DNA from: Hemiscyllium ocellatum
Lineage: Eukaryota
DNA length: 64,000 bases
Reading direction: 5' to 3'
NCBI RefSeq assembly: GCF_020745735.1
Contig: NC_083409.1
Location: forward strand, 19,426,341-19,490,340
In this document: positions 11,429-25,964 of the stretch, in pieces
Layout: the number at the start of each line of letters is the position of its first letter
How positions within the stretch are numbered: position 1 is the first letter of the stretch
The notes under the pieces: generated by a model
Seen by the model: only the letters and a program-made list of their open reading frames with translations
What the model was told of the DNA's origin: nothing
The model's database searches: none
Position numbers and translations under genes: made by a program

Positions 11429-14400
11429 TTGATTAGTGGTCCTGGAAGAGCACAGCAGTTCAGGCAGCTTCCAAAGTGCAGCGAAATTGACGTTTCGGGC
11501 AAGGAATACAGGCAGTGAGCCTGAAGCGTGGAGAGATAAGCTGGAGGAGGGTCAAGGTGGGGATAAAGTAGCATAGAGTAGAATGGGTGAGTGGGGGAGG
11601 GGATGATGGTGATTGGCCAGGGAGGAGAGGGTGGAGTGGATAGGTGGAAAAGGGGACAGGCATGTAGGGCAAGTCCGGACAAGTCATGGGGACAGTGCTG
11701 AGCTGGAAGTAAGGAACTAGGATGAGGTGGGGGAAGGAAAAATGAGGAAACTGTTGAAGTCCACATTGATGCCCTGGGGTTGAAGTGTTCCGAGGCGGAA
11801 GATAAGGCGTTCTTCCTCCAGGCGTCTGGTGGTGAGGGAGTGGCGGTGAAGGAGGCCCAGGACCTCCATGTCCTCGGCAGAGTGGGAGGGGGAGTTGAAA
11901 TATTAGGCCACGGGGCGGTGTGGTTGATTGGTGCGGGTGTCCCAGAGATGTTCCTTAAAATGCTCTGCTAGGAGACGCCCAGTCTCCCCAATGTAGAGGA
12001 GACCGCATCGGTAGCAACGGATGCAATAAATGATATTGGTGGATGTGCAGGTAAAACTTTGATGGATGTGGAAGGCTCCTTTAGGGCCTTGGATAGAGGT
12101 GAGGGAGGAGGTACATAGAACATAGAACAATACAGCACAGAACAGGCCCTTCGGCCCACGATGTTGTGCCGAACATCTATCCTAGACTAAGCACCCATCC
12201 ATGTACCTATCCAATTGCCGCTTAAAGGTCGCCAATGATTCTGACTCTACCACTCCCACGGGCAGCGCATTCCATGCCCCCACCACTCTCTGGGTAAAGA
12301 ACACACCCCTGACATCTCCCCTATACCTTCCACCCTTCACCTTAAATTTATGTTCCCTTGTAACACTCTGTTGTACCCGGGGAAAGAGTTGCTGACTGTC
12401 TACTCTATCTATTCCTCTGATCATCTTATAAACCTCTATCAAGTCACCCCTCATCCTTCGCCGTTCCAACGAGAAAAGGCCGAGAACTCTCAACCTATCC
12501 TCGTACGACCTATTCTCCGTTCCAGGCAACATCCTGGTAAATCTTCTCTGCACCCTCTCCAAAAATTCCACATCTTTCCTAAAGTGAGGCGACCAGAACT
12601 GCACACAGTACTCCAAATGTGGCCTAACCAAAGTCCTGTACAGCTGCAACATCACTTCACGACTCTTGAATTCAATCCTCTGCTAATGAACGCTAATACA
12701 CCATAGGCCTTCTTACAAGCTCTACCACCTGAGTGGCAACTTTCAAAGATCTATGTACATAGACCCCAAGATCCCTCTGTTCCTCCACCTGACTAAGAAC
12801 CCTACCATTAACCCTGTATTCCGCATTCTTATTTGTTCTTCCAAAATGGACAACCTCACACTTGGCAGGGTTGAACTCTATCTGCCACTCCTCAGCCCAG
12901 CACTGCATCATATCTAAGTCCCTTTGCAGCCGACAACAGCCCTCCTCACTGTCCACAACTCCACCAATCTTCGTATCATCTGCAACTGTACTGACCCACC
13001 CTTCGACTCCCTCATCCAAGTCATTAATAAAAATTACAAACAGCAGAGGACCCAGAACTGATCCCTGCGGAACTCCACTTGTAACTGGGCTCCAGGCTGA
13101 ATATTTACCATCTACCACCACTCTCTGACTTCGACCGGTTAGCCAGTTTTCTATCCAATTGGCCAAATTTTCTTCTATCCCATGCCCCCTGACTTTCTGC
13201 ATAAGCCTACCATGGGGAACCTTATCAAATGCCTTACTAAAATCCATGTACACTACATCCACTGCTCTACCCTCATTCACATGCTTGGTCACCTCCTCAA
13301 AGAATTCAATGAGACTTGTAAGGCAAGACCTACCCTTCACAAATCCGTGCTGGCTGTCCCTAATCAAGCAGTGTCTTTCCAGATACTCATAAATTCTATC
13401 CCTCAGTACCCCTTCCATTACTTTGCCTACCACAGAAGCAAGACTAACTGGCCTGTAATTCCCGGGGTTATCCCTATTCCCTTTTTTTGAACAGGGGCTC
13501 AACATTCGCTACTCTCCAGTCCCCTGGTACCACCCCCGTTGACAGTGAAGACGAAAAGATCATTGCCAACGGTACTGCAGTTTCCTCTCTTGCTTCCCAC
13601 ATAATCCTAGGATATATCCCGTCAGGCCCGGGGGACTTGTCTATCCTCAAGTTGCTCAAAATGTCCAACACATCTTCCTTCCTAACAAGTATCTCTTCTA
13701 GCTTACCAGTCCGTTTCACACTCTCCTCTTCAACAATACGGTCCCTCTCGTTCGTAAATACTGAAGAAAAGTATTCATTCAAGACCTCTCCTATCTCTTC
13801 CGACTCAATACACAATCTCCCACTACTGTCCTTGATCGGACCTACCCTCGTTCTCGTCATTCTCATGTTTCTCACATATGCATAAAATGCCTTGGGGTTA
13901 TCCTTGATCCTATCCGCCAAGGATTTTTCATGCCCTCTCTTAGCTCTCCTAATCCCTTTCTTCAGATCCCTTCTGGCTATCCTGTATCCCTCCACTGCCC
14001 TGTCCGAACCCTGTTTCCTCAACCTTATGTCAGCCTCCTTCTTCCTCTTTACTAGACATTCAACCTCCCTCATCAACCAGGGCTCCCTCACACGACCATT
14101 TCTTTCCTGCCTGATAGGTACATACATATCAAGGACACGTCGTATCTGCTCCTTGAAAAAGTTCCACATTTCCACCACATCCTTCCCTGACAGCCTATGC
14201 TCCCAACTTATGCTCCTCAAATCCTGTCTTACAGCATCGTAATTTCCCTTCCCCCAATTGTAAAATCTACCCTGTTGTGCGCACCTATCTCTCTCCATAA
14301 CCAAGGTGAAAGTCACAGAATTGTGGTCACCATCACCAAAATGTTAACCCACTACCAAGCCCATCACTTGTCCCGGTTCATTACCGAGTACCAAATCCAA

Positions 14401-15905
14401 TATGGCCTCCCCTCTGGTTGGACAATCTACATACTGAGTTAGAAAAGCTTCCTGGACACACTGCATAAACACCGCCCCATCCAATCTATTTGATCTAAAG
14501 AGCTTCCAATCAATATTTGGGAAGTTGAAGTCGCCCATGACTACGACCCTGTGACTTCTGCACCTTTCCAAAATCTGTTTCCCAATCTGATTCTCCACAT
14601 CTCTGCTGCTATTGGGGGGCCGATAGTAAACACCCAACAAGGTGACTGCACCTTTCCTATTTCTGACTTCAGCCCATACTACCTCCAAAGGCAGATCCCC
14701 CTCAAACTTCTTTTCTGCAGCCGTTATACCATTTTTAATTAGCAATGCCACCCCCCCTCCTTTTTTACCACCCTCCCTAATCTTACTGAAACATCTGTAA
14801 CCAGGAACCTCCAACAACCATTCCTGTCCCTCATCTATCCACGTTTCTGTGATGGCCACAACATCGTAGTCCTAGGTACCGATCCACGTCTTAAGTTCAC
14901 CCATTTTATTTCTGATACTCCTTGCGTTGAAGTATACGCACTTGAGCCCATCTCTGTGTCCGCAAGTATTCCCTGTCAGTGCTACCTTCTCCACAGCCCC
15001 CCTACATTCTTGGACATCCTGACAAACAGCTAGCTTACTTGCTGGACTACAAGTCCGGATCCCATCCCCCTGCCAAATTAGTTTAAATCCCCGCCCCCCG
15101 AAGAGTGCTAGCACACCTACCCCCCAGGATATTGGTGCCCTTCTGGTTCAGGTGCAACCCGTCCTGTTTATACAGGTCCCACCTTCCCCAGAATGTAGTC
15201 CAATTGTCCAAATACCTGAAGCCCTCCCTCCTACACCATCCTTGCAGCCACATGTTCAACTGCACTCTCTCCCTATTCCTTGCCTCACTGTCACGTGGCA
15301 CCGGCAACAACCCAGAGATGACGACTCTGTCTGTCCTAGCTTTTAGCTTCCAGCCTAACTCCCTGAGCTCTTGAATGACCTCCCCACCGCTCTTCCTACC
15401 TATGTCGTTGGTGCCAATGTGGTGTGGGCACAGGTTTTACAGTTCCTGCGGTGGCAAGGGAAAGTGCCAGGATGGGAGGGTGGGTTGTAGGAAGGCGTGG
15501 ACCTGACCAGATAGTCACGGAGGGAATGGTCTTTGCTCAAGGCGGAAAGTGGTGGGGAGGGAAATATATCCCCGGTGGTGGGGTCTTTTTGGAGGTGGCC
15601 GAAATGTCGGCGGATGATTTGGTTTATGCGAAGGTTTGTAGGGTGGAAGGTGAGCACCAGGGGCGTTCTGTCCTTGTTACAGTTGGAAGGGTGGGGTCTG
15701 AGGGCTGAGGTGCGGGATGTGGACGAGATGCGTTGGAGGGCATCTTTAACCACGTGGGAAGGGAAATTGCGGTCTCTAAAGAAGGAGGCCATCTGGTGTG
15801 TTCTCTGGTGGAACTGGTCCTCCTGGGATCAGATACGGCAGAGGTGGAGGAATTGGGAATATGGGATGGCATTTTTGTAAGAGGTAGGTTGGGAAGAGGT
15901 GTAAT
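11429..15905 (-). mobile_element. Penelope-like element 3' portion (GIY-YIG endonuclease region and terminal repeat), interrupted by a CR1 at 12113-15420
   Basis: 15400-15792 gives ...GTFPCHRRNCKTCAH; 11903-12130 gives IYCIRCYRCGLLYIGETGR (GIY-YIG); the sequence is continuous across the CR1 (GAGGAGGT|GTGGGCACAGG). Confidence 0.8.
12113..15420 (-). mobile_element. Young 3.3-kb CR1 LINE (ORF1 C-terminus and frameshifted ORF2)
   Basis: ORF1 SGNH-esterase-like DGLHLN (15083-15310); APE endonuclease AITETW...GDFN (14344-14859); RT 13474-14316, 12693-13505, 12182-12655; (TTCTATG)n tail; GGT repeated at both junctions. Confidence 0.93.
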
Positions 15906-16249
15906 CTCAGTCGTTGCTTTGGGTCTCCAAACATGACCATTCTAATGTTGTCCTGGGCCATATCACAGCCACTGCCCTCTGTAACCTTCAGCTCATCCCA
16001 AACTCTGCACCCGTATCCAAACTCGCACCAAGTCCCATCCCCATCCTCCACTGTCCTCACTGAGCAACATTGGCTACTGGTCCAACAACACCTCAACTTT
16101 CAAATTCTCATCCTTGTTCTGAAGTCCCTCCTTGTCCATCCGCCCTCCCCATCTCTGTCACCTCCTCCTAACTGCCTCACTCAGTGTGGTCAGCAATCTT
16201 GGATAGATGACTCTCTGTTTCTTCATCCAAGTCATTGAGAAATATCGTG

Positions 16250-18900
16250 AAATGTTGAGGTCCCAGCACAGATCCCTGGGGACACCACTATTCACATCTT
16301 GCTCATTGGAGGACACATACGTTATCCCTCCACTCTGTCCCCTTTCTCCAAATTAATTCCTGACCAAAGGCAAATGCTTTTCTCTAACTCATTATGTTTC
16401 CACATTGATGAACAGTCTCTCAAACAGTGAAACTAAAAACAGGAGTAGGCCATTCAGCCCTTCGAGCCTGTTCCAATTTTCGGTATGATCATGGCTGATC
16501 ATCCAACTCAGTCGCATGTTCCTGCTTTCTCCCCGTCACCTTTGATCCCTTTCATCCAAAGAACTATGCGTAGCTTTTTCTGGAAAACATTTATTGGTTT
16601 GGGTTCAACTGCTTTCAGTGACAGAAACTTCCACAGGCTTCCCACACACTGAATGAAAAAACTTTCTCTCCATCTCAGCTCTAAATGGCCTTTCCCGTAT
16701 CCTTAAATTGTAATCCTTGATTCTGGACTCCCCAGTCATCAGGAAAATCCTGCCTTGTCCTTTTAGGGATTTTAGAGTTTTCAATGTGACTCCCCTCAAT
16801 CTTCTAACCTCTAGTGAATATAATCCTAACTGATCCAGTTTCTCATCAGATCTAAGTGCAGTCCTCCCAGGAATCAGTTTGGTAAACCTTCATTGCCCTC
16901 CCTCCACAGCCAGAACATCCTTCCTCAGATAAGGAAACCAAAACTGCACACAATAGAATCATAAAACCACACAGTACAGAAGAGGCCCTATGGCCCATTG
17001 AACCTGTACCAGCCAAACTACACGAAACCTGCAATCATCCAACTTTCCAACACAAGACCCATAGCTTTAAATGTTACGATATTTCAAGAGTTCATCCAAG
17101 TATTTTTTAAAGATGGTGAGATTTTCCACCTCAACTACCATCCCAGGCAATTCAAACCAGACCCCCACCACCCTCTGAGTCAAAACCTGCTCTTCAAATC
17201 CCCTCTAAAGGGCCTGTTTTCACAGTGAATGTGTGCCAACTCCATGTAAGGGGAACAGCTGCTTTCTCTTCATTCTGCCCATTCCCCTCATACCCTTATA
17301 CACCTCTATCAGGTCCCCCTTCCACCTTCTCTGCTTCAAAGAAAACAACCCGAGTTTATCCAGCCTCTCTCCATCGCTGAAATGTTTCATCCCAGGCAAC
17401 ATCCTGGTGACTATCCTCTGCACCCCCTCCAGTACAATCCCATCCTTCTGATCACATGGTGACCAGAACTGCACACAGTACTCCAGCTGTGGCCTAACCA
17501 AAGTTCTGTATCCTTCAACATCTCTTCCCTGGTCTTCTAATCTATACCTGAAATGATAAAGGTACGTATCACATCTGACCTCATAAATACCTTCTTCATC
17601 TGTTACATCTTCCAAAGTTCATCACCTCACAGTTATCAGGGGTAAGTTCCATTTGTCTCTGATCTGTCCATCTGACCAATCCAGTTAGATCCTCCTGTAA
17701 CCTAAGACCTTCTTCCTCACTATCAACCATCTGCCAAACCTCGTGTCATCTACAAATTCAGTCATCATCCACCCACCCCCACCCCTCACCTCTCACATTC
17801 TCATCTTCATTGTTTCAATATATCCTGAACAATAAGGGACCCAGCACTGATTCCTGTGGTATCCCACTGCACACTGGGCCCAGTCACACAAACAACTTTC
17901 TGCCTCCACGACACTGTCTCCTGTCACTGAACCAGTTTTGGTTTGAATATACCAGGTGTGGTCTCACTAAGGCCCCATACAATTACAGCAAGATATCCCT
18001 GTTCCTGAACTCAAATCCTCTCACTATGAAGGTAACATATCATTTACCTTCTTCATTGCCTGCTGCACCTGCACGCTGACTTTCAGTGACTGGTATACAC
18101 AGACACCCAGATCTTATTGCATCTCCCCATTCCCAATCTATCACCATTCAGATAATAATCTGCCTTCCAATTTTTGCTACTAAGCTGGGTAACCTCATAT
18201 TTAACTTCATTGTATTTCATCTGCCATCACTCAACATCTCCAAATCAAACTGAGGTATCTCTGCATCCTCCTCACAGCTCCCCCTCCCACCCAGCTTTGT
18301 GTCATCTGCAAACTTGGAGATATTACTCTTAAGTTCCCTCATCTCAACCATGAACAAATATTATGAATAGCTGGATCCAGGCCTGTGGTACCCTTTCAGA
18401 AAAAATCCAGTTTATTTTTACTCTTTGTTTCCTGCCTGCCAACCAGTTCTCTATCCATGTCAGTACACTACCCCCAGTCCCATGAATCTTAATTTTTTAT
18501 GCTATCTTCTGTGGGACTTATTAAAAACCTTGTAAAAGTTTCAAATATACCATGTCAATTGCCTCCTTCTTGTCAAATTTGCTCTTTGCATACTCAAGAA
18601 ATTCCAGTCAATTTGTTAAGCATGATTTCCCTTTCCACAAACCATGCTGACTCTGTCTAATCCTGTCACTGTCTTTCAGTGATTAAATCTTTCATAATAG
18701 ACTTGAGTATTTTCAGGCTGATTGGTCTAAGTTGCCCAATTTCTCTCTCCCTCCCATTTTAAATAGTGATGTTACATTAGCAACTCTCCAGTCAGTGGGA
18801 ATTATTCCAGAATGTATAGAAACTTGACCATCAATGTTTCCAAACATTTTGTGCATTTCCTGAAGTAATCTGAGGTGAAGACTATTGGATGCTGTGGATT
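16250..18900 (-). mobile_element. Stacked old CR1 fragments shared by both arms (mirror about 47950-50420)
   Basis: RPQLEYCVQFWSP-type frames (17220-17615, 49061-49342) at mirrored positions. Confidence 0.8.
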
Positions 18901-18984
18901 TATCAGAATTTAATCCCATACATTTTCCAAAACCATCTCCCAAATAAAACTAGTTTTCTTCAGTGCTGCTATCAATCTATACCC

Positions 18985-19290
18985 TGTCATCCCAAAATGT
19001 TTAGAATGTATTTGAGTTTTCCATTGTATACAAGGATCCAGAATGCAGCAAATGCAGAAATTTCCTTTACTCTTGTTGTCAGTAGTACTTTTAACAAATC
19101 ATTTTTGGATAAGAATGACACACTACATACCCTATCAATGCAATCTCCTGGCCTGGGAATAGGGTACAAATCCATCTTTGTGACTACATTCACTTTGCAA
19201 CTGTCTACACAGAATCTAATTAAAACATTTGGTTTTAGAACCAACAGTACAAGAGAACTCCAATTACTCTTACAGTTCAATCAGGGTACC
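18985..19290 (-). mobile_element. Gypsy/Ty3 RT fragment (mirror 47590-47810, +)
   Basis: RFCVDSCKVNVVTKMDLYPIPRPGDCIDRV resembles the Gypsy RT motif RFCVDYRKLN...D-YPIPR. Confidence 0.75.
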
Positions 19291-19569
19291 TTGTCTAGTT
19301 TATGATCAGTAATTTGCTGATTTTTAGATGGTTTGAATCAACCCTAGATCCCTGGTTCTGCCGCTGGATTTATATTAAAATGTCAAATGAAGAGGGCAGT
19401 AAATGGGTGTTTCAGGGCAAAAGAATCTCTGGGTTTATTCAATACAAAAGGTAAGTATAATACAGGAGCAAATGCAAATGTAATAAACAGTGAAATTAAC
19501 AGTATCCATTATACAGAGAACAGTAATTAAATACACTACCAATTTAAACACTGGTTATACACTATTAGA

Positions 19570-21170
19570 AGCTCGAGTGGAAAAGTGTGGCCCTGGAAAA
19601 GCACAGCAGGTCAGGCAGCATCTGAGGGACAGGAGAATCGATGTTTCGGGCATTAGCTCTTCATCGGGAAGGTTGGGGGAGTGGAAGGGGCTGAAAGATC
19701 AATAGGAAGGTGGGGCAGGGGGTGGAGAAAAGTAGCTGGGAAGGGGATAGGTAGATGCAGGTGGGAGGGAGGTGATAGTGATAGTTCAGAAGGGATGGTA
19801 GAGCAGATAGGTGGGATGGATGATGGATAGATTTGGAAAGTTCAAGAGGGTGGTGTCTAGTTGGAGGATTGGATATTTGTTGGGGGGTTTGGGGAGGGCA
19901 GATAATGAAACTAGTGAAAACAACATTGATGCCGTGTGGTTGGGGGGTCCCAAGGTGGAAAATGAGGCATTCTACTTCCAGACATAGTAGCTCAGTGGTT
20001 AGCACTGCTGCCTCTCAGCACTACGGACCCAGGTTCGATTCTAACCTTCGGCGACTGTCTGTGTGGATATTGCACGTTCTCCCCATGTCCGGGTTTTCTC
20101 CGGGTGCAGAGTCCAAAGATGTGCAGGTCAGGTGAATGGGCCATTCTAAATTGCCCGCAGTGTTAGGTACATTAGTCAGAGGGAAATGGGTCTCATTGGG
20201 TTACTCTTCGGAGAGTCGGTGCCTGGTTGGGTCGAAGGGCCTGTTTCCAATTTCTAGGGAACCTAATCTAATCAAAATGTTTAGGTTAGCTGAATTGGCC
20301 ATACTAAATTGCTCATAGTGTTATGTGCATTAGTCAGGGGTAAATATTAGGTAGGGGAGTGAGTCTGGGTGGGGTTACTCTTCGGAGGGTTGGTATGGAC
20401 ATGTTGGGATGAAGGGCCTGTTTCCATACTGTAGAGAATCTAATCTAATCTGATCAGACTTTGGGTAGCTTGGAGTTGGCAGTGGAGGAGGCCCAGGACT
20501 TGCATGTCCTTGGCAGAGTTGAAGGGGGATTTGAAGTGTCCGGCCACAGGGTGGTGGGGTTGTTTGGTGCATGTGTCCCAGAAATGTTCCACAAGTCGTT
20601 CTTCCCAACATTCCTGATGAAGGACTTCTGCCCAAAACAACGATTCTTCTGCTCCCCGGATGCTGCCTGACCTGCTGCGCTTTTCCAGCGCCTCAATTTC
20701 CGACTCTGACCTCCAGCATCTGCAGTCCTCACTTTCTACTATTAGAAGCAAAACAGTTTGAGTCACACAAACTTTAATCAGGCTCCCTACCCTTGGGTCC
20801 CAATGCACTGTCACCACCCACCATCCCCTCCCTGCAAGCTCAGAGGGAAACTTTGGGGTCTCAGGATTTTCAGCTCAGCACTGAGGAAAATACAGGTTTA
20901 ATTTGTGTCCCGTTGGTGAGGTTCTCGCCGTCAGTTCTCTTGGCTCAGGACAGGTCTGTGAGAAAGTGAGGACGGCAGATGCTGGAGATCAGGGTTGAGA
21001 GTGTTGTGCTGGAAAAGCACAGCAGGTCAGGCAGCATCCGAGGAGCAGGAGAATTAACGTTTTGGGCATAAGCCCTTCATCAAGAATAAGGCCTGTGGGC
21101 TGAGAGCTGAGAGATAAATGGCTGCGGCGGCGGGTGGGCGGGGGGGGGAGGTAAGACTGGGGCAAAGGAA
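19570..21170. mobile_element. Left-arm-specific cluster of Penelope terminal fragments and V-SINE pieces (SINE about 19985-20280, +)
   Basis: GCTGGAAAAGCACAGCAGGTCAGGCAGCATC motif three times in both orientations; SINE head at about 19990. Confidence 0.75.
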
Positions 21171-21661
21171 TCTGGGAATGTGTTCGGAACAGGCCTGTCT
21201 CTGGAAGCTCTTGTTCAGATAGCGTTTGGTTTGTGGTCCTGCTCTCGGGTGTCCTTTGTTGCGATGATGCTCTTGGTTTGATTTCTGGATTCGGCTTCTC
21301 TGTTCAGCCTCTGTGGTTCTTGGTTCTGAAGCTGCTTGTTGGGGCTTGCTGAAGCTGTTCCTGCAGAAACTTGTTGTTGAAAAGGCTCACCCTCAGATTA
21401 GGGCTGGCTGTTATACAGACTGTGTGCCCCGTTATCTCCCCTCAGATCGGTGTTGTCCAATGTGTTTCTGGTGTTCCCTTTGGGGTCAGTTGGCTTCCTG
21501 ACAGTTAAGAGTATTTGTGAATGTATCTTGGTTGTTGTTGAATGCCCAATATCCCTGTGAGTAAATATTGATTGTGTTGAATGTCCAGTATCAGTACAGG
21601 TTCCAAACTGTCTGTGTTAGTAGGCCGAGGTGTAAAAGTGAGGTTCAGTCTGGAGAATGAG

Positions 21662-21972
21662 TTTAGATTAGATTACTTACAATGTGGAAACAGGCCCTTC
21701 GGCCCAGCAAGTCCACACCGACCCGCCGAAGCGCATCCCACCCAGACCCCCTATATTTACCACTTACCTAACACTATGGGCAATTTAGCATGGCCAATTC
21801 ACCTGACCAGCACATCTTTGGACTGTGGGAGGAAACCGGAACACCCGGAGGAAACACACGCAGACACGGGGAGAACGTGCAAACTCCACACAGTCAGTCG
21901 CCTGAGTCAGGAATTGAACCCAGGTCCCTGGCGCTGTGAGGCAGCAGTGCTAACCACTGTGCCACCGTGCCG
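21662..21972 (-). mobile_element. Young V-SINE
   Basis: Full head, core and tail as at 8804-9123. Confidence 0.9.
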
Positions 21973-23079
21973 TCCCAAAGTTCTGGTTGGTGTCTCTTTA
22001 AGGATTGAGGTGTGAACTGGAATTCCAGGCAGAACAGTGGTTCCAGGCAGCCATCTCCGTGTCTCTGTGTTTTCCCAGAGCTCAGCTCAGCTGTCTCTTT
22101 ATTATTAAAACATTTCTAAAAATCTAGGGTTTTAGAGAATAAGGAATTTTGCTGAATCCTGCACGGGAGAACTCCAAGTACTCTGACAGTTCAGTCAATT
22201 GATTTGCCAACAAACATTGAGCTTCCTTTGTTACTTTGGCCAGTTACTCTGGGTTTAACCAAAATGGGTTTTATTTTATTGGGTCTGAATTATCTATCTC
22301 CACATCATATTCAATTAATGTGGCGCATCCAAGTGTATCTTTTAAAGACCATGTATCAGTGCAGAATGTGGCCATTCAGCTCATCAAGTCCACTCTGCCA
22401 TTCTATCATAGTTGATTTGTTTGTCAACCCCATTCTCCTGCCTTCTCTGTTTCCTGTGATTGGTTTAGCAATCAAGAACCTAGCTATCTGTCTTAAATAC
22501 ACTCAATGACTTGGCCTCCACAGCACTCTGCAGCAATGATCAATCCACAGATGAACCACTCTCTGGATGAAGAATCTCCTCCTCATCTCACTTCCAAAGG
22601 ATGGCCCCTTCTGAGGCTGTGCCCTCAGGTCCCAGTCTCTCTGCCAAGTGGAAACATCTTCTCCATGTCTACTCTATCCAGGCCTCTCAGTATACTGTAT
22701 GTTTCACTGAGATTTCCGCTCATCCTTCTCAACTCCATCGAATACTGACCGAGTACAGGCCTCAACCACTCCTCATACAAACTTCTTTGTATTCTCTAAG
22801 CAATCTCCCTCTGTCCCTTTGTTAATTTTTCTCCAGATACAAAAATGCAGTGTCTGAATTCTCTAATGCCTCTGAGTCTGTTAACCTCACAGGAGGAAGT
22901 TCACTTTGGGAACTGACCAATTCTCTTTGGCTCTCACACTTTTTCTCATCCCCTTTCTGCTACACTCAGTGCTGGACACACCTCTACACGACTGAATGGT
23001 TCCGCAAAAACTGGGAGAGGAATTAAGGATGCTGCTTTCATCATGTGTGGATATTTACCTACAACTTGACAAGTTTTTT

Positions 23080-24900
23080 TTTAAATGTATTCATTTTGTG
23101 GAATGTGAGCATCGCTGCCTGGCCAGCATTTATTGCTCATCCCTAGTTGCCATTGAGAAGGCTCTTAAGCTGCTCTTGAACTGCTGCAGTACACCTGCTG
23201 TGGGTTGACAGACAACACCATTAGGGAGGGAATTACAGGATCTGGAGCCAGCAACAGTGAAGGGACACAATACATTTTCAAGTCAAGATGGCTTGGAGAG
23301 GAACTTGAAGGTAATGGTATTCTCATATATCTGGTGCCCTTGTCCTTCCAGATGGAAATGGTTGTGTTTGGAAGGTGCTGTCTGAGGATCTTTGGTGAAT
23401 CTCTGCAGTGCATCTTGTAGATAGTGCACACTGCTGCTGCTGAATGTCGGTGGTAGAGGGCATGGTTACATGTGGATGCAGTGCCTACCAAGCGGCTGCA
23501 TTGCCCTGAATGGTGTTCAGCTTCACGAGTGTTGTTGGAGCTTCACCCATCCAGGCAAGTGGGGAGTATTCCATCACATTCCTGACTTGTGCCTTGTAGA
23601 TTGTGGCCAGGCTTTCAGGAGACAAGAGGTGAGGTACTTGCTGCAGTATTCTTAGCCTCTGACCTGCTTTTGTAGCCATTGTGTTTATTTGGTGAGTTTC
23701 AGCTGGCTATCAACTCCCACGATGTTTATAGTGGGGGACACGTTGATGGTAACACCACTGAATGTCAAGGGACACTGGTTAGATTGTTTCTTATTGGTGA
23801 CAGTCAGAGTCTAGCATTTGTATGACATGAAAGTTATTTATCACTTGTCAGCCCAAGCCTGGATATTATCCAGGTCTTATTGCATTTGAACATGGACTGC
23901 TCCACTCTCTGAGGAGTTGGAAATGGTGCTGAACATCGTGCAATCATCAGTGAACATCATCCCTTATGACCTTGTGGAGGGAAGGTCATTGATGAAGCAG
24001 CTGAAGATAGTTGGGTGAAGGAGACTACCCTGAGGAGCTCCTCCAGAGATGTCCTGGAGCTGAGATGACTGACCTCTAACAATCATGACCATCTTCCTGT
24101 GTGTCAGGTATGGCTCTAAATACCAAAGAGTTTGCCAATGATACCCAGTGATTCCAGTTTTGTTAGGACCTCGAACCGTTTGTTGACATCATGTGGGGTG
24201 AATCGAATTGGCTGAAGACTTTTATCTGTAATGCTGGAGACCACTGGAGGAGGCCAAGATGGATCATCCACTTGGCACCTCTGGTTGAAGATTGCTGCGA
24301 AAGCTTCAGCTTTTTCTTTTGCTGTGCTGGGCTCTTCCATCATTGAGGATGGGGATATTTGTGGAGACTCCTCCTCCACAAGATGTTTAATCATCCAACA
24401 CCACTCATGACAAGATGTTTCAGGACTGCAGAGCTGGACCTGATCTGTTGGTTATGGAATTCTGTAATTCTATCATTTGCTGCTTATGCTGTTTGGCATG
24501 CAAGGAGTCTTCTTTAGTGGCTTCACCAGGTTAACACCTCATCTTAATGCATGCCTCGTGCTGTTCCTGGCATGCCCTCCTGAATTCTCCATTGTTGGTC
24601 CCCTGGTTTGATGGTAATGGTTGAGTGGGGGATACGCTGGGCCATTATGTTTCAGATTATGCTGGAGCAGAATTCTGCTGCTGTTGATGGCCCACAATGC
24701 CTCATGGATGCCCAGTCATGAGTTGTGAGATCGGTTGTAAGTCCGTCCCAGTTAGCGTGGTGGTAGTGTCACACAACATGATGGATGCTCTTCTCAGTGG
24801 AAGGCAGGAGTTGGCCTTCAAAAAGACTGTGCGACGCTCACTCTGACTGATACTGTATAGGACAGATGTATCTGCAGCTGGCGGACTGGTAAGGATGAGG
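23080..24900 (-). mobile_element. Second non-LTR retrotransposon family (CR1/L2 group), decayed; related pieces at 28700-29290 (-) and 44430-46000 (+)
   Basis: RT-region frames (IYKAQVRNVMEY, ASYRPISLLS, AKEKAEAFA) differ from the dominant CR1 family. Confidence 0.7.
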
Positions 24901-25964
24901 TCAAGTATGACACATTTTTTTAAACTGCACCACATATTTAAACAATTTTTGCTCAGTAAAACACATGATTCTGGATGCTCACTCCGTCTGATAATCTCTA
25001 TTTCTCCATTTCTCTCTGTCTCCGTCACTCGCTCCATCACTTGCTTCAGTTGAAAGCCTCCAAATGTTATCTGTCCCTCTCTATTCCTCCCTCTGTGTCT
25101 CTCCCTCCCTCTCTGCATCCCAATCTACAGTCTCACTCCCTCCCTCTCTGTCATTCTGTCTCGAAACATACTCATGTCTCTCTCTCTTTCTCTCACTCAA
25201 CCTGACTCTCTCTTTCCCGGTTCCCTTCACTCTTGGTATCACACCCATCCTGCCTCTTTCTCTCTCTCCATCCCTTTCAATCACATCTTGTTTCTCTCTC
25301 TCTCTCTCTCCAACAACCACACCATTTCTACCTCCGTTTATCTCTCTCGGTCCCCTCACATATCTCACACTGTCTCAGATGCTCCTCCCTCTATTCCTCG
25401 ATTACACACACACTCTCCCTCTAACTCTCCCTCTCTGTCTCACTTCTTTCCCTTTCTCACAGTGTCCCAGGTGATGACAGTTGAATGCAGAATAAATCTC
25501 CCTCTGCTCTGCCCCAATAATGGATGTTAACCTTTAACCCCAGAGTAAGGGCCTTTCCTGGAGTAAGGCCCCATTTTCCACAGTGACCAAGGTTTAGCCT
25601 CTCTCAGGAAGATGGACAGATTCTTGTTGAATGAACGGCAGTTCTGTGCTGTTGGCCTATTCTCATTGGGGACTGGTTTGAGCACAAACCTCATTCCATT
25701 AAGGCACAGCAGAGAGAGGAGATCCTCAGGCCATCAGTGTGAGTTGGAGGGATGGAGCAGGACAGGTTCTGACCAGTGACCCATTCTGTCCATTCACAAC
25801 ATGTTCCAATCCCTTCCCCTTTCCTTTCCATTCCATGATCAGTCTCTGAGTCAAGGTGTTTCACTGGGATGATGTTCAGAGCATCACAGTTACAACAGAA
25901 GGGAACTGGCCCCACACCAACCATGGCATCCATGATGTAATGGACACTCCAACAGAGTCCAACA

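Larger units (their letters stand above)
1..24900 (+). repeat. Left arm of an inverted segmental duplication
   Basis: Unique and repeat-derived blocks recur in reverse complement and mirrored order. Examples: 1560-2400/57000-57830, 4260-4390/54990-55130, 6620-7900/52250-53520, 10190-11420/50930-52160, 15920-19420/47400-50710, 21180-23030/46150-47370. The outermost and innermost pairings rest on shared LINE families and are less certain. Confidence 0.85.
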
